From an uncultured Candidatus Saccharibacteria bacterium (GTDB lineage: Bacteria; Patescibacteriota; Saccharimonadia; Saccharimonadales; Saccharimonadaceae), in the NCBI GenBank assembly GCA_948514425.1, contig CAOQYN010000001.1, positions 26,605-90,604 on the forward strand: 64,000 nt of DNA, given 5' to 3'. Every line of letters starts with the position of its first letter. Position 1 is the stretch's first letter. The notes beneath the pieces are model-generated. The model had not been told where the DNA came from. It made no database searches and saw only the letters and a list, made by a program, of their open reading frames with translations. Made by a program: the position numbers and the translations under genes. Below are positions 21,109 to 31,587 of the stretch, one piece after another.

Positions 21109-21903
21109 ATGACCGATCAAGATTGTCTCCATACTTTTGCTGTTCTCGCCTACAAAGAGTCTCCATATCTTGAGACATGTATTCAGTCTGCCCTCGCCCA
21201 AGAATATCCTTCCCGAGTCATTATTGCGACATCAACTCCCAACCAATTTATCCGCGATTTAGCCACAAAATACCAGTTACCCATCAAAGTCAACGACACC
21301 CCTCGTGGCATCGGCGCAGACTTCGATTTTGCACTTCAATCTGGAGAAACCAAGCTCGTCACAGTCACGCATCAAGACGATGTCTATGATTCAAACTATA
21401 GCAAAGCTATGGTTGAGGCTTATCAGCGCCATCCAGACAGCTTGATCATTTTTCCAGATTATTACGAACTGCGTAACGGCGAGAAGGTTGAGCAAAACAC
21501 CCTACTCAAAGTAAAACATTTTTTGCTTTGGCCTCTTCGATGGACGTCTGGTAAATCCAAGTTTATGAAACGCATGGCCTTGCGTTTTGGTGATCCTATT
21601 TGCTGTCCCGCGGTCACCTTCAACACGCAGAAAGTTCAACCCCCACTCTTTGACAACGAGATGAAAAATAATGTCGACTGGCATGCTTGGGAGGTTCTAA
21701 GCAAAAAACCAGGGAACTTCACTTTTGTCGACCAAAAACTCATGGGCCATCGCATACACGCCGATTCTGCCACTACCGAAAATATCCAAGACCATACCCG
21801 CACAAAAGAAGATTATCAAATCTTACAACGTTTCTGGCCGAAGTGGATTGCCAAAAAAATCGCCAAGCTTGATGCTCGGTCCGAGAAAAGCAACCAAACC
21901 TAA
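21109..21903 (+). CDS. GT2 family glycosyltransferase
   Basis: AVLAYKESPYL, HQDDVY, ICCPAV. Confidence 0.88.
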   Translation: MTDQDCLHTFAVLAYKESPYLETCIQSALAQEYPSRVIIATSTPNQFIRDLATKYQLPIKVNDTPRGIGADFDFALQSGETKLVTVTHQDDVYDSNYSKAMVEAYQRHPDSLIIFPDYYELRNGEKVEQNTLLKVKHFLLWPLRWTSGKSKFMKRMALRFGDPICCPAVTFNTQKVQPPLFDNEMKNNVDWHAWEVLSKKPGNFTFVDQKLMGHRIHADSATTENIQDHTRTKEDYQILQRFWPKWIAKKIAKLDARSEKSNQT

Positions 21904-21923
21904 AATTATAGTATAATATATAT

Positions 21924-22637
21924 ATGTCAAAGGTGTTGATGATTATTCCGGCTTATGATGAGGATGCTAGTATTTTGCGGACTTGTCAGACGATTCTTGA
22001 TTACAATAAAACACACCATACCAACTATGATTTTATCGTCATCAATGACTCTTCCAACGACTCTACGGGCGAAATTTTAGACAAAGCGAATCTTCCCCAC
22101 ATCGACCATATTTACAATCTCGGTATCGGTGGCGCCATGCAAACCGGCTACAAATATGCTCGCGACTATGGCTATGATATCGCCGTGCAATTTGATGGTG
22201 ATGGTCAGCACGACATCGGTTCTGTCGCCACACTCATACAGCCAATCCAAGAAAACCGCGCAGATCTAGTCATTGGCTCGCGCTTTATTACTAAAACTGG
22301 CAAATTCCGTTCGACCTTTGCGCGTCGCATTGGCATCAAGCTCATCTCTAGCTATATGTATCTTTTGACTCGCCGTCGCATTTCTGACACTACATCAGGA
22401 TTCCGTGCATGCAACCGCCACCTTATTACTACTTTTGCGCGCGATTATCCCAGCGAATATCCCGAACCAGTCACTACAACTTTCTGCCTTCTGCGTCACG
22501 ATCGTGTCACCGAAGTTCCAGTCACAATGAATGCGCGTGCTGCTGGCTCATCCTCAATCCACACCTGGAAAAAAGCATATTACATGATCAATGTTTTCCT
22601 AACTTTGCTAGTTGTTAAAATACGAGGGAGATACTAA
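21924..22637 (+). CDS. GT2, polyprenol-phosphate glycosyltransferase (DPM1-like)
   Basis: IIPAYDE, NLGIGGAMQTG, FDGDGQH, DTTSGFRA. Confidence 0.9.
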   Translation: MSKVLMIIPAYDEDASILRTCQTILDYNKTHHTNYDFIVINDSSNDSTGEILDKANLPHIDHIYNLGIGGAMQTGYKYARDYGYDIAVQFDGDGQHDIGSVATLIQPIQENRADLVIGSRFITKTGKFRSTFARRIGIKLISSYMYLLTRRRISDTTSGFRACNRHLITTFARDYPSEYPEPVTTTFCLLRHDRVTEVPVTMNARAAGSSSIHTWKKAYYMINVFLTLLVVKIRGRY

Positions 22638-22993
22638 TGTCATTGCCACTTATGTTCGCCTTAATCATTTTTGCCGCAGTATTGACCGTACTCGTTAGCA
22701 TACTTGTAGCAAAAGGGAAAATCCCCATCAAGTACTCCTTACTATGGTATGCCTTTGCAATCCTGATCTTGCTAACTGGTCTAATCCCAGATTTCTTCGG
22801 TATGCTCGGTCGCCTTATCGGTTTCAATATTATGTCAGATCTCGTCGTCGGTCTAATTCTCGTTGTCTTAATTTTCTTAAATATCGCCCTTACCGTCATG
22901 ATTGCTAGCCAACGCCGTCGCATTAATCTCGTTTCCCAAGAAGTAGCCTTACTAAAAAAGGAAATTGAAGATGCTAAACGCAAAAAGCAATAG
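22637..22993 (+). CDS. DUF2304-family membrane protein
   Basis: KYSLLW, three TM helices, LVSQEVAL C-terminus. Typical partner of a DPM1-like GT2. Confidence 0.8.
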   Translation: MSLPLMFALIIFAAVLTVLVSILVAKGKIPIKYSLLWYAFAILILLTGLIPDFFGMLGRLIGFNIMSDLVVGLILVVLIFLNIALTVMIASQRRRINLVSQEVALLKKEIEDAKRKKQ

Positions 22994-24263
22994 CCAATCC
23001 ACCCTTGATTCGACCAATCTACGCAAAAATTTCATCTGGAACACGATCGGTTCTACCGCTTCAGCTTTTGTCTCACTCTTCTACATGATGATAATTACGC
23101 GTCTCAACGGGATTGATGATGCTGGAATCTTTTCATTCGCTTTTTCCACTACTAATATTTTCTTAGTGATCGGGGTTTATAGTGGCCGAACCTTCCAAGT
23201 CACCGATAAAAACAAAAAGACCACCGACTCCGATTATTTTTATCTTAAGTTTGTGACTTGTGCTGTTATGTTGCTGGTGAGCTTAGGATTTTGCCTGATT
23301 CGTGGTTACACTGGCGAAAAGTTCATTATTATTATGTTTCTAGCCATTGCTCGCACTCTTGAAACCATAGCAGAGTGCGCCTATGCCGTCATCCAGAAAA
23401 ACGACCGCCTCTATCAAGTTGGCCGTTCCATGCTCATGAAGTCTCTCGGTGGCTTAATCGGTTTCTTCATCATTGACTACCTCACCAGAAACGTTACTCT
23501 ATCGTGTGTAATGATCATTCTTGCTTATCTTTTACCAATCCTTTTTTACGATTTTCCCAAATTGTTCAAAACCGATTTTCATTTCCGAAAATTCAGCGGC
23601 CAAAAAGTCCGATACCTTCTTCAAATTGGTTTTTTCACTTTTAGCTTCACTTTCTTAAATCTCTACGTCATTAACGCCGCCCGCTATGCTATTGATTCAA
23701 TGGCTAGCGACAGCGCACAAACAATTTATGGTGTGGTAGCTATGCCAGCAACCGTCCTTAGCCTTATTGGACAATATCTCATTCAGCCTTTTCTGACTAA
23801 TTTCAAAAAATTATTTGCGACCGACGCCCATCAATTTCAAATTCTAGTCCTCAAACTTTGTTTTGCCTTGCTCGGTGTTGGCGCGGTTTGTATTATAGCT
23901 GCCTGGCTGCTCGGCATTCCGGTATTAGAGTTGCTTTATGCGATTGATCTAGATGGCAATCTGTTCAGTTTAATTCTCATTATTATTGGCGGCATATTTA
24001 GCGCTCTAGTCTTGGTCATTTCTACTGCTCTAGTTACCATGCGTCACACCCGCGACCAATTCTGGATCTACTGTATCGCATCTTTGGCCGCATTCGGGCT
24101 ATCATGGATATTAGTCAAACAAAGCAGCGTATTCGGGGCTTGCCTTAGCTATATGCTATCCATGATGTTGATTTTTGCCCTATATATTATCGTCTTCGCT
24201 TATCGTTTGCGCGAGCTAAAACATCATCCTACTCAGGAGGTTCATCGTGCCACCGAAGAATGA
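22971..24263 (+). CDS. Wzx-like polysaccharide flippase
   Basis: KNFIWNTIGS, about 12 TM helices, RYAID. Confidence 0.85.
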   Translation: MLNAKSNSQSTLDSTNLRKNFIWNTIGSTASAFVSLFYMMIITRLNGIDDAGIFSFAFSTTNIFLVIGVYSGRTFQVTDKNKKTTDSDYFYLKFVTCAVMLLVSLGFCLIRGYTGEKFIIIMFLAIARTLETIAECAYAVIQKNDRLYQVGRSMLMKSLGGLIGFFIIDYLTRNVTLSCVMIILAYLLPILFYDFPKLFKTDFHFRKFSGQKVRYLLQIGFFTFSFTFLNLYVINAARYAIDSMASDSAQTIYGVVAMPATVLSLIGQYLIQPFLTNFKKLFATDAHQFQILVLKLCFALLGVGAVCIIAAWLLGIPVLELLYAIDLDGNLFSLILIIIGGIFSALVLVISTALVTMRHTRDQFWIYCIASLAAFGLSWILVKQSSVFGACLSYMLSMMLIFALYIIVFAYRLRELKHHPTQEVHRATEE

Positions 24264-25245
24264 GCCACTTTTCTCTCTCATTGTGCCAGCCTACAATGTC
24301 GAGGCTTACATTGCGCAATGTATTGAGAGTATTTTGACTCAAGATTGCTCAAATTTTGAGTTAATCCTTGTTGACGATGGATCGACCGATCGTACTGGCC
24401 AAATTTGTGAACAATACAAAAAACAATCACCCCAACTTTCCATTATATCACAGAATAGAGAAAAAGTCAATAGCAAAATCGCCTCACCATCTATAAAAGT
24501 CCTTCATCAGCTTAATTCTGGCCTCTCCGCGGCTCGTAATACAGGGGTGGCCGAATCCAGCGGGAAATACCTTATATTTATCGACGGAGATGATTATCTA
24601 GAGCCTGGAGCGCTCACTGCTATCCAAAACGCCTTAGAACCCACACTTGATCTTTTACGCTACCAGGCGCAAGAAGTTTTTCCAGATGGGAAGAAGATTC
24701 GCTACGAAGAGGCCAGTTTTGCGACTCTCTCTGGTGTAGAGGCTTTCAAAAGATTAGTACATAATCACTATACCGAGAACGCTTGGCTCTACGCCTACCG
24801 TCGCCAGTTTTTCGTCTCCAATCACTTTCAATATGCCACTGGTTGTATCGCTGAAGATTTTGGACTGACCCCGCTCATCATCGCTTGTGCTAGCACAGTC
24901 AAGTCAATCCCCGACATTTGCTACAATTACCGCCAGCGCGAAGGTAGTATTACTCATGATACTACGCAAATTGCTCGGCGCACCACAGATGCTATACAGC
25001 AGCTCCAAGACATCCTGCCCAAAATCGCCGCCATCCCACATGCCGAACCAATCCTCCACTATCTTGTCGTATCATATCTCACTGGTGCAACTGAGCTTAG
25101 CTATCCCGATTTTCTCCAAGTTTACCAAGAGTCCAAGCAAAACGGTCTGCTGCGATATATTCACCCTTCTAGCCCCAAAGCGTTGCCTCGAGCATTCTTG
25201 CTCAAACATTTCCCAGGGCTCTTTTATCGCATGTATCACCATTAG
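24247..25245 (+). CDS. GT2 family glycosyltransferase
   Basis: SLIVPAYNVE, VDDGSTD, GLSAARNTG, FIDGDD. Confidence 0.92.
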   Translation: MPPKNEPLFSLIVPAYNVEAYIAQCIESILTQDCSNFELILVDDGSTDRTGQICEQYKKQSPQLSIISQNREKVNSKIASPSIKVLHQLNSGLSAARNTGVAESSGKYLIFIDGDDYLEPGALTAIQNALEPTLDLLRYQAQEVFPDGKKIRYEEASFATLSGVEAFKRLVHNHYTENAWLYAYRRQFFVSNHFQYATGCIAEDFGLTPLIIACASTVKSIPDICYNYRQREGSITHDTTQIARRTTDAIQQLQDILPKIAAIPHAEPILHYLVVSYLTGATELSYPDFLQVYQESKQNGLLRYIHPSSPKALPRAFLLKHFPGLFYRMYHH

Positions 25246-25308
25246 CGTATTGCGCTAATCTTCCGCGACACATCGTTTGTCAACAAGAACTATGGTATAA
25301 TATAACAC

Positions 25309-26118
25309 ATGAAAATACCTCGAGTGTGGAACAAGCGCAACCTAGTGCTTCTCAAAGAACTCACAAAAACCGATTTTAAGCTACGCTATCAAGGCTCGGT
25401 GTTGGGCTACCTCTGGGCCCTATTACGCCCACTCATGATGTTTGCAATTTTGTACATCGTGTTTGCAAAACTATTGCGCTTCGGCAATGACATCCCACAC
25501 TACCCCGTCTATCTCTTAACTGGTACGGTACTCTGGAGTTTTTTCACCGAATGTAGCCAGCAGGGAATTCAAGCCATGATTGGCCGCGGAGATCTAATCC
25601 GCAAAATCAGTTTCCCAAAATATATCGTTACCGTCTCTACGACTCTAACCGCCGTTATCAACCTCCTCATCAATCTTGTCGTGGTAGTGATTTTCGCTCT
25701 CATCAATGGCGTTACACTTAGTTGGACTTGGCTGCTAGTTCTTCCGCTCATCATTGAGCTTTATCTCCTAGCTCTAGGTATCGCTTTTCTCCTCGGTTCG
25801 ATTAACGTCAAATACCGTGACATCAGCTCGATTTGGGATGTAATTATCCAAGCTCTCTTCTATGCGATTCCCATTATCTACCCGATTAGCATGGTGGCCG
25901 AGACCAGCACCTGTGCAGCAAAAATCATCCTCCTCAACCCTATTGCCCAAGTAGTACAAGACGTCCGCTGGAGTTTAATTACTCCTGCTGCCACCACTAC
26001 ATCGGGTTTCATTAATGGCTGGGCAGAACTATTTACTATCGGCTTAGTAATTGTCATTTTCATCATTGGCGCAGTAATATTTAGGAGGCGTTCACGCTTC
26101 TTCGCGGAGGAAATCTAG
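25309..26118 (+). CDS. wzm: ABC polysaccharide exporter permease (Wzm/RgpC)
   Basis: DFKLRYQGSVLGYLW, KYRDI, LLNP. Confidence 0.92.
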   Translation: MKIPRVWNKRNLVLLKELTKTDFKLRYQGSVLGYLWALLRPLMMFAILYIVFAKLLRFGNDIPHYPVYLLTGTVLWSFFTECSQQGIQAMIGRGDLIRKISFPKYIVTVSTTLTAVINLLINLVVVVIFALINGVTLSWTWLLVLPLIIELYLLALGIAFLLGSINVKYRDISSIWDVIIQALFYAIPIIYPISMVAETSTCAAKIILLNPIAQVVQDVRWSLITPAATTTSGFINGWAELFTIGLVIVIFIIGAVIFRRRSRFFAEEI

Positions 26119-26901
26119 ATGTCGAACAAACGTACAATTGGCACGCGCACCGAAATATGTGATCAGAACAATGATCTAGCCATTAGCGTACATGGTCTTT
26201 CAAAAAGCTTCCGTCTCCCCACTGAGCGCTCCTGGGGTCTAAAACAAGCCTTATTCAACCGTCTGCGCGGCATCAAAGGCTACAAAGATCAGCAAGTTCT
26301 CGACGGCATTGATTTCGAGATTAAAAAGGGCGAATTCGTCGGAATTGTTGGTCGTAACGGTTCTGGCAAATCAACCCTCCTCAAACTTCTTGCCGGGATT
26401 TACTATCCGAGTTCTGGAGATATTATCGTCAATGGCAGCCTCATTCCGTTTATTGAACTGGGTGTCGGCTTCAATATGGAACTTTCTGGACGGGAAAACA
26501 TCTATCTTAATGGTGCAATTCTCGGCTTTAGCAACACCGAAATTGACGCCATGTACGACGACATCGTAAAATTTGCCGAACTCGGTGATTTCATGGATCA
26601 AAAGTTAAAAAATTATTCTTCCGGCATGCAGGTGCGCCTCGCTTTCTCAATTGCTATCCGCGCCAAAGGTGACATTCTGATCCTCGATGAGGTGCTAGCG
26701 GTAGGTGATGCAGAATTTCAGCAAAAGTGTAATGATTATTTCGAATCGCTTCATGGCAAACAAACCGTGATCCTCGTCACTCACTCCATGGACAATGTGA
26801 AAAAATTCTGCGACCGCGCCATCATGATTGAACATGGCAAAATCGCTTGCTCTGGTAGTCCAGAAAAAGTCACCGAGGCCTATACTAAACTCTGGGACTA
26901 A
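26119..26901 (+). CDS. wzt: ABC polysaccharide exporter ATPase (Wzt/RgpD)
   Basis: GRNGSGKST, YSSGMQVRLAF, LDEVLAVGD. Confidence 0.95.
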   Translation: MSNKRTIGTRTEICDQNNDLAISVHGLSKSFRLPTERSWGLKQALFNRLRGIKGYKDQQVLDGIDFEIKKGEFVGIVGRNGSGKSTLLKLLAGIYYPSSGDIIVNGSLIPFIELGVGFNMELSGRENIYLNGAILGFSNTEIDAMYDDIVKFAELGDFMDQKLKNYSSGMQVRLAFSIAIRAKGDILILDEVLAVGDAEFQQKCNDYFESLHGKQTVILVTHSMDNVKKFCDRAIMIEHGKIACSGSPEKVTEAYTKLWD

Positions 26902-26918
26902 TTACTCTACCCGTAACT

Positions 26919-27773
26919 CTATGACCTGGCACGTTTCTTGGCCCGGTAATGCGATACGTGCCAGCGCAGTTTTACCAACCCTAACAACATCCTACTTTTT
27001 AAATGAATTTTACCCGCGCTCACGCTTCTTACCCAATTCTTCAAATCGGCATAACTTTTTTCCCAATTTTCCCAAATTGTCGAAGAAGATTTCACCGTGC
27101 TGGTATCTGTACCAAAATTATAGACATATAGCGGCTCAAAAATAAGCCCAATCTCTCCCGGCATTCGCTCCAAATAATCCAAGACAAACTTAGTATCCTC
27201 GGCAAAATCCCGCCCTTCCTCAAACTTCAATCCGAATTTCTTAATCGGCTTGAGACGAAAGACCTTATTGACTGCACCATACATACGTCCATCACGAATC
27301 AGCAACCCCAACAAATAATCGGCCTTTCGTTCCTTCGGATGCCTCGTATGATGTGGCTTCGTATATACATCCGTAGTCGTCCCTTCGCGCAACTTATTAA
27401 ATCGCATTCCAGTCACTACTAAATCAACTTCTGAATCAGACTCAATTCGCTGCACTAATTTCTCCACAAAGTCTTCTGCCACGTCATCGTCAGAATCAAT
27501 AAATAAAATATATTTGCCTTGTGCCCTCTCAATCCCTGCGTTACGTGCCGCACTAGCGCCAGCATTTTTTTGATGAATAACCTTGAGCCGTGTATCGTTT
27601 TTCGCCAAATTTTGCAATATACACAGAGAATCATCACTCGAACCATCATCAACCGCAATTATCTCTAGATTTTTGTAAGTTTGGCTAAATAACTTATTGA
27701 TTAGTTTCTTGACGCTCTCCCTCGTATTCCAAACCGGAATCACCACCGAGACCAACGGTTCACTCTTTGGCAT
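26919..27773 (-). CDS. GT2 family glycosyltransferase
   Basis: VSVVIPVWN, DDGSSD, FIDSDD. Confidence 0.92.
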   Translation of the reverse strand: MPKSEPLVSVVIPVWNTRESVKKLINKLFSQTYKNLEIIAVDDGSSDDSLCILQNLAKNDTRLKVIHQKNAGASAARNAGIERAQGKYILFIDSDDDVAEDFVEKLVQRIESDSEVDLVVTGMRFNKLREGTTTDVYTKPHHTRHPKERKADYLLGLLIRDGRMYGAVNKVFRLKPIKKFGLKFEEGRDFAEDTKFVLDYLERMPGEIGLIFEPLYVYNFGTDTSTVKSSSTIWENWEKSYADLKNWVRSVSAGKIHLKSRMLLGLVKLRWHVSHYRAKKRARS

Positions 27774-28773
27774 CTTGACACTCCAAGTAGTTCAATGTGT
27801 CCTTCATCATATCATCAATATCAAGTTTGGCCTTCCATCCCAACTCCGCTTGCGCCTTCTTCGGGTCGGCATACACTTCCGCCAGGTCTCCGGCTCTTCG
27901 CCCTACAATTTTATGCGGCAACGGTCGGCCAGACGCCTGCGAAAACGCCTTCACCATTTCTAGTACCGAAGCCCCTTTGCCCGTACCGAGGTTATAAATT
28001 TTCACCCCACTGCGTAAGTCCTCTAGAGCCGCCACATGCCCTCGCGCCAGATCAACTACGTGGATGTAATCCCGTACACATGTCCCGTCTGGCGTATCAT
28101 AATCATTTCCATATATCGATAGCTCTGGAATCTCGCCCTGCGCCACTTTCATAATAATCGGCATCAAATTATTTGGGCGTCCATTCGGATCCTCGCCAAT
28201 TAGACCTGATTGGTGCGCCCCGACTGGATTAAAATATCGCAGAATAGTCGCCGAAAACTCTGGATGAGCGACACAAACATCTTTAATTATTTGTTCGATC
28301 ATCCATTTTGTCCATCCGTAAGGATTAGAAATCCCACTTCCTGTCGGCATCGTTTCGTTCAGCGGCGCTGGTTGGTCACCATACACTGTCGCCGATGAAG
28401 AAAACACCAATCTATGGACTCCATATTCTAGCATGCATTTTAAAAGATTGATTGTCCCCTCGAGATTAATTTCATAGTATTTTAGCGGTTGCTCAACGCT
28501 TTCGCCTACCGCTTTGAGTCCTGCAAAATGCATCACCGTTGCAAACTCGCCCTCTGCAAAAACCCTTTTCAATGCTGCTAAGTCCATCAAATCTACTTCT
28601 GTAAACTTCGGTCTCACTCCTGTAATTTTCGCAATTTTGTCAATTACATTGCGTTTACTATTGTATAAATTATCCAATATCTCAACTTCATACCCTGCAT
28701 TGATCAACTCTACCGCTGTATGCGACCCAATATATCCCGTCCCCCCTGTAATCAATATCTTACTCTTAGCCAT
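27760..28773 (-). CDS. galE: UDP-glucose 4-epimerase
   Basis: TGGTGYIGSH, HFAGLKAVGES, YGWTK, LRYFNPVGAH. Confidence 0.97.
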   Translation of the reverse strand: MAKSKILITGGTGYIGSHTAVELINAGYEVEILDNLYNSKRNVIDKIAKITGVRPKFTEVDLMDLAALKRVFAEGEFATVMHFAGLKAVGESVEQPLKYYEINLEGTINLLKCMLEYGVHRLVFSSSATVYGDQPAPLNETMPTGSGISNPYGWTKWMIEQIIKDVCVAHPEFSATILRYFNPVGAHQSGLIGEDPNGRPNNLMPIIMKVAQGEIPELSIYGNDYDTPDGTCVRDYIHVVDLARGHVAALEDLRSGVKIYNLGTGKGASVLEMVKAFSQASGRPLPHKIVGRRAGDLAEVYADPKKAQAELGWKAKLDIDDMMKDTLNYLECQDAKE

Positions 28774-28910
28774 CCGTCCTCCGTGTTTACTACCTCATAG
28801 TAGCATGCCGTGGTAACTTTGTACACCATACGTCTTGACTTATATTACTATCTGTGCTATAATAGAATTATAGGGTGGTTTTCACCAACTTTTCTGCTAT
28901 AATTATCAAC

Positions 28911-30335
28911 ATGAAGAAGGATTTTGGGTTAATTTTCCACGTTTTCCTAGTTTTGGGTGACGCTTTTGCCATCCTTTTGTCGTTTCTAGTCGCTTATCTT
29001 ACCCGCACCCACCTCGACCAGCGCCCCTTTTATTTCGAATCCGAGCCTCTCGAATTCGCCCTCTCCATGCTCTGGCTAATTCCGCTATATATTATCGTCA
29101 TGGCGGCCTTCGGTCTTTATCGTAAGTCAATTTTTATGGATCGCAGTCGTTTGTCTGAGACCTGGCGTTTATTTCTTGCCTCTGTGGTCGGCATGATGAC
29201 TATTATCACCTACGACTTTTTCTTTCAAATTGATATTTTCCCAGTTCGTACCATGGCATTCTATGCCGTTTTGTCATGTTTCATTTTTCTCTTCATCTTC
29301 CGTGGTCTAGTTCGCTTTATCCGTAACATTACGCTTAAGTCCCGCCGCGCTACGCTCCGTGCCGTTATTATCGGTAGCACAAAAAACACTGAATACCTTG
29401 CGAATTACATCTCCGCCTTTCCTGAATCTGGCTTTTCGCTTGCTGGCGTAGTCTCTGCTGCGAAGTATATCCCCAAAGACCTCCGTCGCAAGCAATACTC
29501 TTCGCTCAAAGAAGCCCTAAAACGCGCCAAACCAGACGTGATTTTTCAGACTGATGATCGCCATACCGAGTATATCTATCGCCAAACCGTCAATCATCAT
29601 CTCTTATACTATTTTGTTCCTTCTAGCGCCATGCTGACTGCCCAGACTGGCGCACTTGAGCTCATCGGCGACACTCCCGCTATTTTGGTTCAAGTTACAC
29701 CGCTTGCCGGCTCAGCTCGCGCCGTCAAACGTGCTTGCGACATTATCTTTAGTCTCATTGCTCTCATCCTTGCTGCCATTCCAATGTTAATCATCTGGAT
29801 TCTTGAGAAAATCGCCAACCCCAAAGCCTCCGCAATCTATGCTGACTCTCGTCTCTCCCGCTACAATCGACGCGTTAAGATTTACAAATTCCGCTCTATG
29901 AAGCCCGAATATTCCGGTATGACTCCCGAAGAGGCTTTCAAAAAAATGGGCAAACCCCAACTCATCAAAAAATATCGTGCAAACGGCGACATGATTGCGA
30001 ACGATCCACGCATTACCAAATTCGGCTACTTCCTCCGCTCTACCTCTCTCGACGAACTACCGCAACTATTCAATATCCTTAAAGGTGACATTTCATTCGT
30101 TGGTCCACGTGCGCTTCTACCCGGGGAACTTCGCCACTATGGTGATCGCTCCATGCTTCTCTCGGTAAAATCTGGCCTCACTGGTCTTGCTCAAGTCTCT
30201 GGCCGTCGCGACATTAGTTTTGAGGAACGTCGCGCTCTGGATATCTATTATATTCAAAACTGGTCTCTAGGTCTTGACCTCCGTATCCTACTGCGCACTA
30301 TTGGCGCTGTCATCTTCAGGAAAGGGGCAAAATAG
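28911..30335 (+). CDS. Priming undecaprenyl-phosphate sugar phosphotransferase
   Basis: KFRSM, DPRITKFG, SLDELPQ, VGPR, GLTGLAQV. Confidence 0.93.
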   Translation: MKKDFGLIFHVFLVLGDAFAILLSFLVAYLTRTHLDQRPFYFESEPLEFALSMLWLIPLYIIVMAAFGLYRKSIFMDRSRLSETWRLFLASVVGMMTIITYDFFFQIDIFPVRTMAFYAVLSCFIFLFIFRGLVRFIRNITLKSRRATLRAVIIGSTKNTEYLANYISAFPESGFSLAGVVSAAKYIPKDLRRKQYSSLKEALKRAKPDVIFQTDDRHTEYIYRQTVNHHLLYYFVPSSAMLTAQTGALELIGDTPAILVQVTPLAGSARAVKRACDIIFSLIALILAAIPMLIIWILEKIANPKASAIYADSRLSRYNRRVKIYKFRSMKPEYSGMTPEEAFKKMGKPQLIKKYRANGDMIANDPRITKFGYFLRSTSLDELPQLFNILKGDISFVGPRALLPGELRHYGDRSMLLSVKSGLTGLAQVSGRRDISFEERRALDIYYIQNWSLGLDLRILLRTIGAVIFRKGAK

Positions 30336-30336
30336 T

Positions 30337-31587
30337 ATGACTACTCCTGCTCGTCCTCGTATTGCCCTCGTCTGTGACTGGCTCACCACTCCTGGTGGTG
30401 CCGAAAAAGTCCTCCTTGAGCTCCATCACATGTATCCAGACGCTCCGATTTATACATCTCAATATCGTGCAAAGGGAATTGGCTGGTTCCGCGATGCGAC
30501 TATTAAGACTGGCTGGCTCAATATTTTTCCAGCCGCTTTGCGGAAATTTCTTGGCCCTCTACGTCAACTATATTTCTCTCACCTCGATCTTACAGACTAC
30601 GATATTGTTATCTCCGTGACTGGCGCCGAAGCCAAAAGTGTCAAAACGCGAAAAAAGCCCCGTAAAGGTCGAACTTGTACAGCGTGTACTAGTTCAAACA
30701 CATATCATATCTGTTATTGTCATGTCCCCACTCAGTATTACTGGCAAATGTACGACAAATATCTCGCTCACCCTGGGTTCGGCATTCTCGACCCACTTGC
30801 TCGCTTCGGCATCAAGCTCCTCGTAAAGCCCTTGCGCAAGGCCGACTTCCGCGCCGCTCGTCGCCCCGATCAGTTCGTTACCATCTCGCACCATGCCGCC
30901 GAACAAATTCAAAAATATTATCATCGCGTCGCCAAAGTAGTCGCTCCTCCAGTAGAAGTAGGGAAGTTCTCCCAAAATCGGCATCGTCCAAAATTATCCA
31001 CAAACTTTTCCACAGGATATTATGTTATTTCTTGTCGCCAAGCCCCCTGGAAACGCGTCGATCTCGCCGTTGAAGCTTGCAAAAATCTCAAAAAACCCCT
31101 CCTTGTGATTGGGGACGGTGCCGAACACGCTAATCTTGTTAAACTTGCCGGGGAATCACCATACATCCAGTTTATCCCATGGCTTGATGCTGGCGAACTC
31201 TCTGCTTATCTTGAATACGCCAAAGGTTATATTTTTCCTAGCATGGAGCCGTTTGGCATTGCTGCCGTTGAAGCTCTTGCTGCTGGTTGCCCAGTCATCG
31301 CCTATGCGCAGGGCGGCAGCCGCGACATCGTTTTGCCAGGCAAAAATGGTGTCTTCTTTGATGAACAAACTGTAGAATCGTTATCAGATGCTCTCCGCGA
31401 GTTTGAATCTCAGAATTTTGATCGCACCGTCATAAAACATACTGCCGAAACTTTTAAAGCCCAAAACTTCCAAAGTCACATCAAACGCTTAATTGCCGCC
31501 CATTTCGATCGTCTTGTCGCCGCCGCACCCGCCAAACCAACTTCCTCCGACCCCAACCCTAAGCTCGAATCCGAGTCCGCCGCATGA
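30337..31587 (+). CDS. GT4 family glycosyltransferase
   Basis: DWL..GGAEKV, EPFGIAAVEALAAG. Confidence 0.92.
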   Translation: MTTPARPRIALVCDWLTTPGGAEKVLLELHHMYPDAPIYTSQYRAKGIGWFRDATIKTGWLNIFPAALRKFLGPLRQLYFSHLDLTDYDIVISVTGAEAKSVKTRKKPRKGRTCTACTSSNTYHICYCHVPTQYYWQMYDKYLAHPGFGILDPLARFGIKLLVKPLRKADFRAARRPDQFVTISHHAAEQIQKYYHRVAKVVAPPVEVGKFSQNRHRPKLSTNFSTGYYVISCRQAPWKRVDLAVEACKNLKKPLLVIGDGAEHANLVKLAGESPYIQFIPWLDAGELSAYLEYAKGYIFPSMEPFGIAAVEALAAGCPVIAYAQGGSRDIVLPGKNGVFFDEQTVESLSDALREFESQNFDRTVIKHTAETFKAQNFQSHIKRLIAAHFDRLVAAAPAKPTSSDPNPKLESESAA

